From Paraphysomonas bandaiensis (Eukaryota > Protista > Chrysophyceae), in NCBI GenBank assembly GCA_965644295.1, contig CBFFRP010000067.1:62001-126000 (forward strand): a DNA stretch of 64,000 nt. The letters run 5' to 3'. Position 1 is the first letter of the stretch; each line of letters opens with the position of its first letter. Shown here piece after piece: positions 62,446 through 64,000 of this stretch. Below the pieces are notes generated by a model. That model saw nothing but the letters and a program-made list of their open reading frames with translations, was not told the DNA's origin and searched no databases. The position numbers were made by a program, and so were the translations under genes.

Positions 62446-64000
62446 TATTAGGATTCAGCTTAATACATGATTGTATCTGTGAGTTATAATGTTCAATGAA
62501 ATACACCATGAACTGAATTAGAGAGAGTATCTGTCGAAGATACGTGATCGTCATCATAACGTCGTCATTATCAGTTACACTTCTAACTATTCCGTTGTGC
62601 ATGATAGTACGTTCTATATTGTTATTCATAATTTTTCACTCTATCGTGTTCATTACTTACACTCTAATAATCACAACATTGTTTTACTATTATAAAGATC
62701 AATTCTTTATTTGGTAGCGAGATGTCAGTTAAAGTTACAAGTTACGACTCAACCGACTCGGATTCGACAACCGACAAGCGAAAGGACTCAATGCCAAAAT
62801 TCGATGCGAAGAACTTCTCCAGGTGGCAGAAGAAGTGCCGTGCATGGTTCTATCGCAAGCCTAAGATCGTTTATACTCTACAGAACGATCACCCAATTGA
62901 GCCTGAAGCAGGAGAAAACTCAGATGACGAGGACTACCAGTATCGACTCGAACAGTATCAGGATGCAAAACGATATTATGATGAAGGTAATAACTACCTA
63001 TGGTCAGTCATTGCAAGCTCTATCATTGGTCAGAATGAAGAGGCTGAAGGGATTTTGGAGAACGTCCCCGATGGAGACGGTAAAACCGCCTGGACGGACT
63101 TGCTCAACCACTTCAAAGAAAAAACGACTAACGACGTCATCACTGATCTGATTGGCCAGTTTCAGAGCATAAAAATCAAAAAAGGTCAGTCGATAATCAA
63201 CTTTCTTGACGCTGTCGAAAAGCTCCGAAACAAGCTGATTAATTATGGTCATCGGATAAGTGACCAAGATCTCATATCACGCATTCGACAAGGCCTGGTA
63301 TCCAAAGAAAATATGACGTATCGTGAACTGGCGATCAACCTGCAGATGCACCCTATCGATGACTACAAAACACTCATACGCAGACTACGCGGATTAGGAA
63401 GCTCGTCTGTCGGAATGCTCTTGTCAAGCAACGAAGAAACAAAAACCGACAGTATTCAGCTTGCAGCCTCAAAACCCCCATTTTTCAAAAGTAAAGTGAA
63501 TTCCAAGCGCAAAAAGGGGACATCTTTCAGAAACCGTTCCAATAAACCGAAACATGACAAGAGAGCTGACAAGGACATTAAGTGTTTCCGATGCGATGGA
63601 AAAGGACACATCGCTTCAGAATGCAAACACTCATGGGAAAGAATCCAACAGATGAAGAATTCCTCTGGAAACAAATCAACCAGTAGGAAATTCAAAAAAG
63701 TTAGATTCCAGACCCACCAGAGCACTGAAAACGACGACTCCGACCAGTTTGCAGATTATGAAGACAGTGGTCCATTACAACAGAAAGGACGAGACTTCGG
63801 AGGAGTCGGATATCCAACAAACGACGAAACGAACTTCGTTTTTGATCAAGAAGCCGGAATGGGGACCCTTGATTCTGGCTGCACAGTCTCCATCACACCT
63901 GAAGCCGGATACATCACCAATTATGAGGAATGCCTCACCGACATTCAAACAGCTAAGTCAGGATCAACTATGACCTCTTCAGGACATGGAAGACTTGGTA
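62446..64000 (+). mobile_element. Ty1/Copia LTR retrotransposon family B, 5' part (cut by window edge)
   Basis: 5' LTR 62446-62711 matches solo LTR 3645-3884; PBS TGGTAGCGAG 62712-62721; open gag-protease frame follows. Confidence 0.93.
62722..64000 (+). CDS. Copia gag-protease ORF, open to window end (absent from ORF track because no stop is reached)
   Basis: MSVKVTSY..MPKFDAKNFSRWQKK, DGKTAWTDL, CFRCDGKGHIASEC knuckle, TLDSGCT protease. Confidence 0.92.
   Translation, partial: MSVKVTSYDSTDSDSTTDKRKDSMPKFDAKNFSRWQKKCRAWFYRKPKIVYTLQNDHPIEPEAGENSDDEDYQYRLEQYQDAKRYYDEGNNYLWSVIASSIIGQNEEAEGILENVPDGDGKTAWTDLLNHFKEKTTNDVITDLIGQFQSIKIKKGQSIINFLDAVEKLRNKLINYGHRISDQDLISRIRQGLVSKENMTYRELAINLQMHPIDDYKTLIRRLRGLGSSSVGMLLSSNEETKTDSIQLAASKPPFFKSKVNSKRKKGTSFRNRSNKPKHDKRADKDIKCFRCDGKGHIASECKHSWERIQQMKNSSGNKSTSRKFKKVRFQTHQSTENDDSDQFADYEDSGPLQQKGRDFGGVGYPTNDETNFVFDQEAGMGTLDSGCTVSITPEAGYITNYEECLTDIQTAKSGSTMTSSGHGRLG

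Noticed and set aside
62711-63973. ORFs 62711-63151, 63004-63267, 63456-63725 and 63749-63973
   Set aside because: Off-frame or antisense to the real gag frame starting at 62722
1-64000. tRNA, rRNA, snRNA genes and selenoprotein/SECIS signals
   Set aside because: None recognisable by eye; internal stops in host genes are explained by introns. An Infernal/tRNAscan run would be needed to exclude them.

Overview
Gene-dense eukaryotic nuclear DNA with short GT-AG introns. By inference it is a stramenopile, probably chrysophyte-like (cytosolic-type SBPase, MLO-EF-hand fusion, HDEL calreticulin). About 19 host genes are present: NOG1, a secreted cyanophycinase-like S51 peptidase, SLC35B1-like transporter, DHX57/29-like helicase, C69 dipeptidase, MLO-EF-hand protein, glycerol kinase, ABHD hydrolase, acylated EF-hand protein, SBPase, BUD13, LCB2, ABCG, calreticulin, sulfite oxidase, NOA1/YqeH GTPase, COPI-associated protein, TFIIB-like factor, METTL21-like methyltransferase and an ABM-like/cysteine dioxygenase fusion. 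Sixteen of them sit in eight head-to-head pairs. Mobile DNA: a complete, apparently very young Ty1/Copia element (4010-9188; LTRs identical by eye, TA...TA termini, gag ATG formed at the LTR/PBS junction); a second Copia family seen as a solo LTR (3645-3884, GAAAG TSD) and as a 5' LTR plus gag running off the right end (apparent TA...TT termini); a decayed pogo/Tigger DNA transposon; and several pseudogene fragments, including a bacterial-type nucleotidyltransferase. There is also a ~1 kb perfect (TATG)n tract. All family assignments come from motif recognition, not database searches.
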